A stretch of 32,000 bases of DNA from Ignicoccus pacificus DSM 13166 (GTDB lineage: Archaea; Thermoproteota; Thermoprotei_A; Sulfolobales; Ignicoccaceae), in contig CP006868.1 of the NCBI GenBank assembly GCA_025340205.1, forward strand, positions 1,290,001-1,322,000. Direction: 5' to 3'. A program made the position numbers and the translations under genes. Below the pieces are notes generated by a model. The model had not been told where the DNA came from, did not search any database, and worked only from the letters and a program-made list of their open reading frames with translations. Positions 8,679 to 18,281 of this stretch are shown one piece after another (the stretch's first letter is position 1; each line of letters opens with the position of its first letter).

Positions 8679-11423
8679 GTGAGGGTCCTAGCTCTCCTGT
8701 TGCTTCTAGCGATTACAAGCAAGGTCATAGCAATTTCCTTAACGCAACTATGGACGTTCAAAACTAACGGTGTAGTTGAAGCGCTAGCCTTCTCCGATGA
8801 CGGTCGTTTAGGAGCTGCCTCTTGGAATGGTTGTGCCGACATCTTGGATCAAAATGGAAATTTGGTGAGCGGATATTGTAGAGATTATGGCATGAACGAC
8901 GTCTCCTTCTGCTGCAACAAATTCGGCTTTGTTAAATTCTATCATTGGGATCTTGATGGAAACGTTTACATCTACGACCTCTCAACTGGAACTTGGAAGA
9001 AGGTGTACGTTGGAGATCCTTATGATTCAGCAATCACAATGCTCAAGGACGGCTTTCTGGCTGGTGGCGACAATCTCGCCTACTTCGACTTTCAAGGGAA
9101 CAAGAGGTGGGACGTGAGTATGAAGTACATTACAAACGGTCCAGCTGTTTACAACGGGTACGTTTACGTTCCAAGGTGGGATTGGCCTTCTGAAGGTAAA
9201 GGCGCTCTTACTATCCTCAAGCTCTCAGATGGAAGCGAGGTAAGGACCATAAAATTCAATGAAAGGGTTTTTGATACTCAAGTCTGTGGAAATTACTTAG
9301 CTCTTGGAACAGCTCATCACGTTTACCTTTATGACATTAGCAACCCAGCGAATCCAAGGCTTCTGTGGTACAGCAATTATTTAGCAAGTAGCTGTAGCGG
9401 AGGAGATTGTTGGGGGGCCTACAACGTCGCCTTCAGTCCGGATTGTAGGTACTTAGTGAGCACTGATAATGATGATTGGAAAATATACTTATTCGATACG
9501 CAAACTGGAAGGCTAGTGCTGGAGAGGAAGTTTAAGAATGATGTTAATGCTGTTGCTTGGTGGAGGGATAGAATAGCTGTTGGATTAGCTGGAGGTGGAT
9601 TAAGAAATGGTAAGATTTACATGTTCAAGGTTGAGGGATACGAGCCATATTTCGGCCTATCGCGAGATCAATGGAATTCCTTAACAGCTCAACAAAAAGA
9701 AGCTATAAGCAAGTGCTATTCGATTATCCACAACTCAAAGCTCTGTTATTCCTTCGTTAAAGCATTGGGAGGAAGAGTCAGTGTATCAAATTCTTTAAGC
9801 ACACAAGAGCTGTCTAAAACCTTAATGTGCTATGCTATCTTCAAAGACGCTATAGGATGTTTGAACTCAAAGTTGATCGTTAAACCTACCCTCTCACTCA
9901 CAATGCTCCCCAATCAACCTCTAACCCAACCGTTCACCCAAACGATCTTCCTCTCTTACCCAAGTAGCTCCACCGCGTTAACTACTGTAACGGTAACACA
10001 AAGCCAACCAGTAACCATAACCTTAAGCAGAATAACCTACGTCACAACGATTGAAATTCCGACTACAATTACCACGCTCGAAATCAATTACGGTCCTTCA
10101 AAGTTCCCAGCCCTCTCCAATGCTACCATCACCGTTACCGTTTCCAACCCAGCCGACTTACCAGCTGAGATAACGTTAGGAAGCTCGACGATAACGGTAG
10201 CTCCCCACTCTTCAGCACGAACTTCGACCATCACCTACCTCACCTCCACCGGAGTGATAAGGAAGACCCTAACCCTCCAGGCTTACGGAATTACCTATAC
10301 AAAGGGAATAACGGTAACTGCTACGGAGCCGAGAGTCAAAGCCTTCCCGATGCCACTTCTAAAGAGCGCCACGATCACCTATCCCTTAACACTGGTGAAT
10401 GAGGATAACATAATAGCCACCCTCTCAGCTCTTCCCAACCCGTTAGGGATATCTTCCATTCCATTAACCTCCAAAACGGTAACCCTAACGGCGACCTACT
10501 CCTTGTCATCAACTGTTCTAAACCTCAAAGCGTTCAAGTACGGAATTACTTTGACTATCCCAGTAACGTTTACCTCCACCTCTCTCCCAGTGACGATAAA
10601 GCTGCTCAACTCCAAGGTTAAACCTTTAATTCCCCAAACGTTGACGTTCTTGGTCATAGCCAAAGAGCCGGTTACCTTCTTAGGAAGAAGTGTTGAGGGA
10701 AGCTCCACGTTAACGACAGTAGTAACTCCCGAGTCAGAAGAGTTCAGGGAGACGTTAACGCTTACTTGGGCTAAAGTGCCATTAACTTTCACCTTGAGCT
10801 TAATAAAGCCCTATACCATATTGAAGAAAGAGCTAGTCGGAGCTATAGGTGTTCCGACCCTCCTGATCCCGCTGAAAGCGGATAGGGAGTTAACCGTGAG
10901 CGTTCCTGGAGGAACCCAAACGGTAGCTCAAGGACTGCAATTGGTGACCTTATCAATCGCTAACCTCAGGCCCGGAATCAAGGAATTCCCAATGAAAGTT
11001 TGTTTATCGAACTACTGTTTTTACGAAACCGTGAGAGTAACTCTGACTATACCAAAGGTAATAGTTAGAGTTCCACAGACTGTAACGGTTAACGTGAATC
11101 AATCCAAGGAAGTTTACATTACGATCATGAATCCCAACACGTTCCCGTTAATAGTTACTCCTAAGGCCGACGGAGTGTTCCTCAGAGTAGCAGAGGTTCC
11201 GGTAAGCCTTCCGCCTAAAGGAGTTGTGACAGTAAAGGCAACAGCCACAATGAACGTTTACGGAATAGCTAACGCAACGATCACCATACTGATAAACGGT
11301 ATTAAAGTAGTTACAAATGTGATTAGAGTAATAGCGGCTTTGAACTTCCTACCGACGAGCACCAAGGAAGTGATTCCTTTAGTGTTGCTAGCATTTGCTA
11401 TAGCGATAAGAAAATTTACCTAA
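8679..11423 (+). CDS. Large exported surface protein: signal peptide, beta-propeller, Thr/Val-rich beta-domain repeats, C-terminal TM tail
   Basis: N-terminal 'LALLLLLAITSKVIA'; propeller with 'VEALAFSDDGRLGAA..NGCAD', 'DVSFCCNKFG', 'FSPDCRYLVSTDNDDWKIYLFD'; from ~aa 390 TLTLTIT-rich Ig-like segments; C-terminal 'VIPLVLLAFAIAIRKFT'. Confidence 0.85.
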   Translation: MRVLALLLLLAITSKVIAISLTQLWTFKTNGVVEALAFSDDGRLGAASWNGCADILDQNGNLVSGYCRDYGMNDVSFCCNKFGFVKFYHWDLDGNVYIYDLSTGTWKKVYVGDPYDSAITMLKDGFLAGGDNLAYFDFQGNKRWDVSMKYITNGPAVYNGYVYVPRWDWPSEGKGALTILKLSDGSEVRTIKFNERVFDTQVCGNYLALGTAHHVYLYDISNPANPRLLWYSNYLASSCSGGDCWGAYNVAFSPDCRYLVSTDNDDWKIYLFDTQTGRLVLERKFKNDVNAVAWWRDRIAVGLAGGGLRNGKIYMFKVEGYEPYFGLSRDQWNSLTAQQKEAISKCYSIIHNSKLCYSFVKALGGRVSVSNSLSTQELSKTLMCYAIFKDAIGCLNSKLIVKPTLSLTMLPNQPLTQPFTQTIFLSYPSSSTALTTVTVTQSQPVTITLSRITYVTTIEIPTTITTLEINYGPSKFPALSNATITVTVSNPADLPAEITLGSSTITVAPHSSARTSTITYLTSTGVIRKTLTLQAYGITYTKGITVTATEPRVKAFPMPLLKSATITYPLTLVNEDNIIATLSALPNPLGISSIPLTSKTVTLTATYSLSSTVLNLKAFKYGITLTIPVTFTSTSLPVTIKLLNSKVKPLIPQTLTFLVIAKEPVTFLGRSVEGSSTLTTVVTPESEEFRETLTLTWAKVPLTFTLSLIKPYTILKKELVGAIGVPTLLIPLKADRELTVSVPGGTQTVAQGLQLVTLSIANLRPGIKEFPMKVCLSNYCFYETVRVTLTIPKVIVRVPQTVTVNVNQSKEVYITIMNPNTFPLIVTPKADGVFLRVAEVPVSLPPKGVVTVKATATMNVYGIANATITILINGIKVVTNVIRVIAALNFLPTSTKEVIPLVLLAFAIAIRKFT

Positions 11424-11852
11424 TTTTTACGTTAGGTATGAGTACTTTTTGTCCACAATAATGACCTAATTGTCAATAGTAGGTGGAATAACTAGTTCAA
11501 GAGATCGTGAGAGAGTCATAGATTTCGTTGGAATCATCTATCGCTGATCATCTCACACATAGGTTAGGAAGAATTTTTGTAGAGATAGCAGAGAAAGTGA
11601 GCGTTCATTGAATCTGTTACAGGAAAGGCGAACTTACCTACTTTGATAGCTATTTGATCCCTTGATATTCCTTTCCTCGCCCGCGGCTCATCTTCTTCGG
11701 TTAGCTGATCGGAAGTAGCATACCTCCACATCTCCATGGAGCGTAACTGGATATCTAGAGGGGGTAGGGAGTTAAAATGAAAACCTTCAAATGGAATTTT
11801 TCCAACGTTCCAAGCTTTTATGCAAGCAATGGGGACGAAATAGGGCGGAACT

Positions 11853-12407
11853 TTGTTCCTCCTCGAAGAACTTCAAAGGAAAGCTAATGAGGAAAGGAAA
11901 TATCCTAAAGATCAAGAGTTCTTGGAAAGGAAAGCAATTGACGTAGTTTATGAAATGATTAAAGCTAAGGAATTGCTTGAAAAAGGAGATACGAGAAACG
12001 CAGCTGGAAAAGCATTCCAAGCCTGGAAGGACTTGCTCTCATGCTTAATTTATTTGAACTTGGATGAGTTAGCAAAGAACGAAAAGGAGAGGAAGTGGCT
12101 CTTAAAGAAAGGAATAATAGTTCCAACTACAAAGATGCAACAGTTGGCCTTGGAGCTTGAGAAGAGAGGCTATAACATGTTGAGCTTTATCACCGACAAG
12201 GCACTAAAGCTCCATAACTACCAATACAACGGTCCCGACCCAGACAATTATTACGGAGGGATAGTAAGCGAGGACGTAGCTAAGGAATATGTTAAACTAA
12301 TGTTAAGCGTTACTAAGGAGTACTTGGAGAGATACATACTTCCTAACATTAAGGGGGAGACTTTGAAAATGATCAGAGAGGGCTTGAAGCTATTGGAGTC
12401 CGCCTAA
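11853..12407 (+). CDS. PaREP1/HEPN-like protein, paralog of 22105-22635
   Basis: Shares 'A(K/E)xLxExGxxRNAxGKAFQxWKDLxSxLxYL', 'KKGIxxPxxKxxxLxxxLE', 'TDKALxLHxYQYNGPDP' with the product of 22105-22635. Confidence 0.75.
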   Translation: MFLLEELQRKANEERKYPKDQEFLERKAIDVVYEMIKAKELLEKGDTRNAAGKAFQAWKDLLSCLIYLNLDELAKNEKERKWLLKKGIIVPTTKMQQLALELEKRGYNMLSFITDKALKLHNYQYNGPDPDNYYGGIVSEDVAKEYVKLMLSVTKEYLERYILPNIKGETLKMIREGLKLLESA

Positions 12408-12432
12408 GAGCTCAGAGCATTCAAAAACGCTC

Positions 12433-14763
12433 CTACTGTACGGCAAGCGGTATGTTCACGCTCCACACACTCCCATCGATGAACGTTAACCTTAAGGTCA
12501 CTTGTGGCATGACGTTCACATTGACATTATCACAATAGACAATCAAGCTCCACAAGTCCTTCTTTATGCCAACTATATCATATAGATCAGCTTGATACTT
12601 ATGAGTTCCATCGTACGCCACGCTAACACTCCTTCCAGCCCATCTATCAAAGGTAATTATAGCGTTCGTCTTACGGAAGTTGGTCTCTACCTTAGATCTT
12701 GAAACGTAGACGAGCTCTAGTACGCCGTTGACTACTGTGGCAAAGGGTTTATAAGGAGAATAGAAGAGTGTGTTACCGATCTTACCTACCAAGATCCCTT
12801 TCTTAAGCATGGCGAAAGAGGCAGACGAATAGACGGCAGAATTCCCCATATCGCTCGTAGTGAATAATATTATTCCAGGAGCTATGGAATCCTTATCATC
12901 CACTTCTCTCTTACTCAATCCATGGTAACCGCTCACCACTATTCCAGAGATCTTGTTGACTGAGATAGGTTTTCCGGTCTTCAAGTCCTCAACCGTTCTG
13001 GATTGAGGTACTGATGTGCCAATGACGTTGGAACCGACGCTGGCGACCAAATACGAGTAGGTACAAATGGTTCTTCTCCCGAACCTGACTTCAACGGAAT
13101 CTAGAGGGATCTTCGGAGGATTCATGAACGATAGCACAAATACTACCCCTCTATCCCAGTAAGGTCCTCCAGTAGCGTTCATCGAGGGTGCCAAGAACGT
13201 GGCCTGGATCAAAGTTAAGATGTTTGTATTTGTAACTTTAATTGATGGTAATAGTTTGCTTAAGGTAACCGTATAAAAGCGCACCCACGGTTGGAAGATG
13301 GCGCTCAGCATTTGAGATATAACCTTTATCACGTCAGTGTAAACCTTCTCCAAGGTGGTTACCAAGCTCGAAGTTATTTCATAAAAGCTCAAGGCTGGCA
13401 TGAAGCTCCCTCCTAAGTACTCAGTATACGTGAGGGTCACGGTCTTCGTTATTTTAGCTACAGTTCCAGAAATTATTGGAGGAGACACCTTCATTACTGT
13501 TAACGTCTTAACGATTATGCTAGGCTTCAAGAAGGTTACGAGGCCGTGAGGAGGACTCTCTGTGGTTATCGTTTTCACTAAGCATATTGTATTCGTAACA
13601 GCCGCTTCTGGACAAATCACGTATCTTGTCGAAGCAGCTGCGCTGTTCAGTAAGATATATTTGTCGGTCGTGAACGTTATAGTAGTAACTTTCGTCTTTG
13701 TTACCTCTATTCCAAATGCCTCTGCCTTGACGACCCTTGATAAATAAATCGTTACTGTATTATTCCTTTGGCTCAAAGTACCGAAGAGGGAGGAGCTCAT
13801 AGTAACCGGAACTTCCTTGTTTGTCAACACGCTCAGCGTACCGTTAGCCCAAGCGGTGAAAGTTCCGATTCCAGTAGTTAGTGAGATGCTTTGGCTGACA
13901 GATGCCTTAGTCACGAACGTCACCAAATTTAAACTAGCCTTCACGTTAGGAACGCTGAACTCCTTCGCACTGAGCTGTTTACCATTAACTATGACAGCTA
14001 TGTTAGAACCTAATTTAATAGTACCACTTTTTAAATGTTCGTACTTCAGTTCTTCGCCCCTAACGTCTAAAACTATTACGATACCTTTACTTGCTATTGC
14101 AAAGACTGAACAATTAGCATTGAACATAACATCACTCACGCCTTTTATATAAGTGTACCAAGCTGGAGTATGTTTACTGAACTTGAAGTAGTATAAGCTC
14201 AACTTATCGTCAGAGGGGGAGTAACTTACTAAATAGTCCGAGCAGACGTCGAAGACTGTTCCATCGTACCTACCTAGCACCTTGCCGCTCTTCAAATTAA
14301 TCAAGTAAGCCTTGTTAGACGTTATCGCTAGTACCTCGTCCCCTCTTACCTTTACCTCCTTGATCCCGGGAAGATCCAGCGACCAGAGCTCCTCGGTTCC
14401 GTTGAATGCCCTTATCCAATCCTCGCCAATTACTATTATTACATTCTTAAAGGCAAATACATCCTTACCATTTATCGGGATCACGATACCTTTGGGTAAT
14501 ACTACCAATCGATCGCTATACAACAAGTACTCCTTCCCGCAACAGTAGTCCGCAGAAACCACGTTGCACTTCACGTCCTTTATATGTAACTCCTTATCCA
14601 TGAAGTATGCACAATTGCCAGCGACAGCTACTATTCCGTCGCTCTTTACCTTAACGATACCAACTTGATTTGGAAGGACCACGTTGAAGTACGCTAGCAG
14701 CACAGAAGTTAACAGCAGCGCTATGAGGGACCATCTCAAGAGCTCTTCCCTATTTGTTAGCAA
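12433..14763 (-). CDS. Large membrane-anchored surface protein with divergent beta-propeller, Thr/Val-rich middle and an unassigned C-terminal domain
   Basis: N-terminal hydrophobic 'WSLIALLLTSVLLAYFNVVLP'; 'AGNCAYFMD..CNVVSADYCCGKEYLLYSD' parallels the Cys signature of neighbouring propellers; 'MFNANCSVFAIASKGIVIVLD'; Thr-rich region. Confidence 0.8.
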   Translation of the reverse strand: MLTNREELLRWSLIALLLTSVLLAYFNVVLPNQVGIVKVKSDGIVAVAGNCAYFMDKELHIKDVKCNVVSADYCCGKEYLLYSDRLVVLPKGIVIPINGKDVFAFKNVIIVIGEDWIRAFNGTEELWSLDLPGIKEVKVRGDEVLAITSNKAYLINLKSGKVLGRYDGTVFDVCSDYLVSYSPSDDKLSLYYFKFSKHTPAWYTYIKGVSDVMFNANCSVFAIASKGIVIVLDVRGEELKYEHLKSGTIKLGSNIAVIVNGKQLSAKEFSVPNVKASLNLVTFVTKASVSQSISLTTGIGTFTAWANGTLSVLTNKEVPVTMSSSLFGTLSQRNNTVTIYLSRVVKAEAFGIEVTKTKVTTITFTTDKYILLNSAAASTRYVICPEAAVTNTICLVKTITTESPPHGLVTFLKPSIIVKTLTVMKVSPPIISGTVAKITKTVTLTYTEYLGGSFMPALSFYEITSSLVTTLEKVYTDVIKVISQMLSAIFQPWVRFYTVTLSKLLPSIKVTNTNILTLIQATFLAPSMNATGGPYWDRGVVFVLSFMNPPKIPLDSVEVRFGRRTICTYSYLVASVGSNVIGTSVPQSRTVEDLKTGKPISVNKISGIVVSGYHGLSKREVDDKDSIAPGIILFTTSDMGNSAVYSSASFAMLKKGILVGKIGNTLFYSPYKPFATVVNGVLELVYVSRSKVETNFRKTNAIITFDRWAGRSVSVAYDGTHKYQADLYDIVGIKKDLWSLIVYCDNVNVNVMPQVTLRLTFIDGSVWSVNIPLAVQ

Positions 14764-14808
14764 GTGAGATAAAATCAGAAAAACCTTTCCACCTAAAGGA
14801 TCAAGATC

Positions 14809-17800
14809 TTAGAGTCTCTCCATCATCCTAGCTATAGCGTAAGCCAACATGATCAATCCCGCTATTCCCTCGAAGCCGCTGCCTCCCGGTGGAACCGCTA
14901 TTATCTTCATCAATACGGTTGTCAACGTTCCTAAGCTGTTTGTTATGAGTACGGTTGCGGTGACGTAGCCGTAGTACTTCAGAGTGCCTGTGACCGGTAT
15001 CGCTACCTTAGCGAGAGGCTCTATGGTGATTACGCTCGTCGGGAAGCTTAAGCGCTTATCGCCTATTAAAGTAACTACCATCCTTACGGGGAACGGGTTT
15101 GAAAGCACTAGCAATGTCGTGTTACTCCCTATACCCCTTATGGTCAAAGTAGGAGTCCTTACAACTATAGGCCTTGGTATGCCTACGTAATAGCAAGTGC
15201 CCGTTAGGGAGGTACAACCGCTCGAGAAGCACGCGCTGAAGTACAAGTCGTTGCATCCAATCGTCGATGGAATGAACACCAGTGAAGTAGTTAGCGTGGC
15301 AGAAGGACTCAGAGATACCTCGTACCAGTCGTTGTAAGCCCCGCTCACGGACAAGGTGAAGTAGTACGAGGTGTTTGCTAGATTACTTACGGTAATCGGT
15401 ATCGTCAGAGGCACTCCTATACGTCCTTCCGCATATTCGGGAACTATCGTTAGGGGCTCTAAGGGGCTCACGTAGCTTTGTGTGGTGAACAAAGTGTACG
15501 TTGAGCTAACAACGACTAGCGTGACATAAGTGGGTCTTGTGAAGGTCCTCTCGAACGTCACAGTGGTCCTATTTGAAAGCAAGGTTATCTCTCTAGAGGA
15601 TCCGTCCAGTAAGAGCAGTATTGTAGCTGGGGACCTCGCCGACTTGGATAGTACAACGTATAAGCTAGCTGGCAAGTAGCTGTAGACGTCGTTAGCGTAG
15701 AACCTTTCGACTGAGATAGGGACCTTTGGAACCACCATTATCACTCCTAAGAGCCTTTGTGTTCCAACGCCCAACTCGAAGGTGTTGACGGTAGCGCTCG
15801 TTCCGGCCTTGCCGACGAGCGTTATGACGTTTGTGCCCGGAACCAAGAGCGCCCTCCCGACGGCGTTGGAGTTCACGTAGCCGGTAGCGAGGTATGTCCA
15901 GCTGTCCTTGTTTATAGCTGTGAACGTCACCTTGTAGCCCTTGCCTATCGGAACAGTAACGGTCGTGATTCTAGGTATAAGAGACACGTCAGGAGTTATC
16001 GAGAAGATTGATAGCTGCGTCCTCCAGTTGCCTATCGCAAGCGTTACTGGGGTCGTGATAACGGGTAAGAGTATAGTAGTCGTTCCGTAGAGCGTCGTGC
16101 TTACTAACTCAGTAGTTCCCTCGAGGACGTTCAAGGGTACGATCACGTCCTTCAGAGCGTTAATTACCTTCACTGGAACTACTATAACTGACCCCTCAAG
16201 ATACGGAAGCGTTGAGGGGGACACAGAATAGGGCATAATAAAGTAGTAGTTTAACGTGGCGGTAGCTAAGACCTTTCCTAAGTACGTGACTGACACGTAA
16301 GCAGTCCCGTTGAACTCGGTTAGCGGAGTGATGGTCACTGGGTACAGAGTAATCGCTTTAGGGGGAATTGGTAAGGTTTCAGAACCTAAGGTTACGGTTA
16401 AGGTGTTCGAATACGGGTTCAGCAGCTCTACAGCTATCTCTGAGCTGATTCCTAGTGGAACGGTAATCGTCTGTGGAACTATCTTTATGCCGATAAATGG
16501 CGTAATAACTAACGCCTTAATCTTGTGCTCGGCTATCTTTTTACCATTCAAATAAACGCTTATCGGTATCGAGCTTACGTCCCAACCATTCAACAACACG
16601 TTTATCGTGGTTGTGGTGTATCTAGGAGGAACGGTGATGTAAATCGTTTGAGACTTCATCAATAGGGTAGCTGTGTAGGGCTCGGTGAAGTTGTTAAGCA
16701 GCGTTACGGTCGCCTTCGTCGGAAGGCCCGGAACGTAAGCGACTTTTCCTTCAATGCTAATGGGGACGTAGAACCAGTACCTTACCGGTATTACAGCGAG
16801 GGTAACGTTTCCGGACCTTAGTGTTAAGGTAAACGTCTTGGCGCTGAGCGATGGAGAAATATACAACATTAGATGATTGGTCCTCGGGACTAGTATCATC
16901 TTACCCAAGGTGAAGTTGTTAACCATTCCAGTAGCAACGAAGCTTATTGGTAGCGTATTGGTTACGGTTACAGTATGGGTGGCCGTCAGAGGGTAAGCCC
17001 AGCTACCCCTTTCGGTAATAGTAACCGGTTTAAGAGTTTCGGGTACGACGCTAATTGTAGTTATGGTGCTAGTGTTATCGTATAGTAATTGAAGAGGTAT
17101 GTTGGTTAAGTTCCTAGCTACCATCACTAATGGAATAACCGTCGTGTGGGTGGGAAGCGTTACCTTAGCGGAGAGAGGGGCAACGCTTACATTTATTGGA
17201 ACCAAAGTAAGGGTTACCACCTTGCCTAAGTTGTTAGCAACAGTAAGGTTAGCTATCTCTGTTGCGCGTGGAACAATTGTTATAACCTTGCTAACTTCGA
17301 TAGGTTTTATGACCCTTATCGTATATGGATAAGAGGTTAGGGTCTTGTTATTTACCAACAGGTAGACGGTGTGCGTGACGGTTCCTATCCTACTCAGCGT
17401 GATGACGTTGCTTAGTGTGGTATTTCTACTTAGAGTTAAGGTGGTGGACCTTAATCCCTTCACCGTTAAGGTCACTGGCACAGTTTCCAAGTTAATTATC
17501 ATAGTTTTTATAGTCTTTGTGCTGTTTATTATTCCTTTAATTGAAGTGGGCGTGACTATGAGTACTGCGTTAGGTAACACCTTCCTGAGGGTTACCGTTC
17601 TTTCAGCTAACGTGAAGGCATCGGAAAGGACTTTCATCGTTAACGAGCTTAGCGGATACGTTAAGGTGAACGTGGAGATAGATGAGATGGTATTGGTTAT
17701 TCCGTCAACAATCAACGTTAGAGGGCTTGTGGGAGCGGGTGTGAGGGTGACAGTGTAAGTGTTAGCCATTCCGTACTTGAAGGTCGTCGGTGATACGGCT

Positions 17801-18120
17801 ATTGAGTAGGGGTACGTGTAGACTACCGTTATCTTTTTGGTTAAGTTTAAACCTATTTCGTTAGTAAACGTGAGAGTTTCGTAGGCAGTAGTTGTAGATT
17901 GATAGGGATTCAAGGTATATGTTATTGTAGTAGTGTTTAAAAGCACCATCATCGATATCGGGATACCTCCTCTCATTACTGTTAAGGGTATAGGAGTTTT
18001 CTCTTCATTGGATAAGGTCAGTGGCAAGGTAGTGGTGCCTACTCCCATTGTGGTGATGGTTGGCGATACTTTTAGTGCCATCGCCAAGGGAAGTAGGATC
18101 AGGAGCAGCGTCCATCTCAC
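14809..18120 (-). CDS. Giant (1103 aa) Thr/Val-rich exported protein made of repeated beta-sandwich-like segments, with C-terminal TM tail
   Basis: Signal peptide 'WTLLLILLPLAMALKVSPT'; roughly 100-aa segments of 'TVTLxNxxxxPxTxTLxxxxxTxTVPP' type; C-terminal 'GLIMLAYAIARMMERL'; 45 bp upstream of the 12433-14763 gene on the same strand. Confidence 0.85.
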   Translation of the reverse strand: MRWTLLLILLPLAMALKVSPTITTMGVGTTTLPLTLSNEEKTPIPLTVMRGGIPISMMVLLNTTTITYTLNPYQSTTTAYETLTFTNEIGLNLTKKITVVYTYPYSIAVSPTTFKYGMANTYTVTLTPAPTSPLTLIVDGITNTISSISTFTLTYPLSSLTMKVLSDAFTLAERTVTLRKVLPNAVLIVTPTSIKGIINSTKTIKTMIINLETVPVTLTVKGLRSTTLTLSRNTTLSNVITLSRIGTVTHTVYLLVNNKTLTSYPYTIRVIKPIEVSKVITIVPRATEIANLTVANNLGKVVTLTLVPINVSVAPLSAKVTLPTHTTVIPLVMVARNLTNIPLQLLYDNTSTITTISVVPETLKPVTITERGSWAYPLTATHTVTVTNTLPISFVATGMVNNFTLGKMILVPRTNHLMLYISPSLSAKTFTLTLRSGNVTLAVIPVRYWFYVPISIEGKVAYVPGLPTKATVTLLNNFTEPYTATLLMKSQTIYITVPPRYTTTTINVLLNGWDVSSIPISVYLNGKKIAEHKIKALVITPFIGIKIVPQTITVPLGISSEIAVELLNPYSNTLTVTLGSETLPIPPKAITLYPVTITPLTEFNGTAYVSVTYLGKVLATATLNYYFIMPYSVSPSTLPYLEGSVIVVPVKVINALKDVIVPLNVLEGTTELVSTTLYGTTTILLPVITTPVTLAIGNWRTQLSIFSITPDVSLIPRITTVTVPIGKGYKVTFTAINKDSWTYLATGYVNSNAVGRALLVPGTNVITLVGKAGTSATVNTFELGVGTQRLLGVIMVVPKVPISVERFYANDVYSYLPASLYVVLSKSARSPATILLLLDGSSREITLLSNRTTVTFERTFTRPTYVTLVVVSSTYTLFTTQSYVSPLEPLTIVPEYAEGRIGVPLTIPITVSNLANTSYYFTLSVSGAYNDWYEVSLSPSATLTTSLVFIPSTIGCNDLYFSACFSSGCTSLTGTCYYVGIPRPIVVRTPTLTIRGIGSNTTLLVLSNPFPVRMVVTLIGDKRLSFPTSVITIEPLAKVAIPVTGTLKYYGYVTATVLITNSLGTLTTVLMKIIAVPPGGSGFEGIAGLIMLAYAIARMMERL

Positions 18121-18281
18121 TTCGACGTTCCCTTGCTATACATTTGCTCCTTTGGCCTTATCTCTTCTCTTCATCCCAATTAGGGACTGCTTACTGCCCG
18201 GATCCCTTATCACATCTCGGAGAATCTCCCTTCATAAAAACACCTTAAAGGTCCAGCTCTACATTGTATTATGGTGTGAAT

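Noticed and set aside
10496-10792. Minus-strand ORF inside the 914-aa gene, and similar antisense ORFs within 12433-18120
   Set aside because: Thr/Val-rich sense coding leaves long open antisense frames; mirrored valine-rich translations are artefacts.
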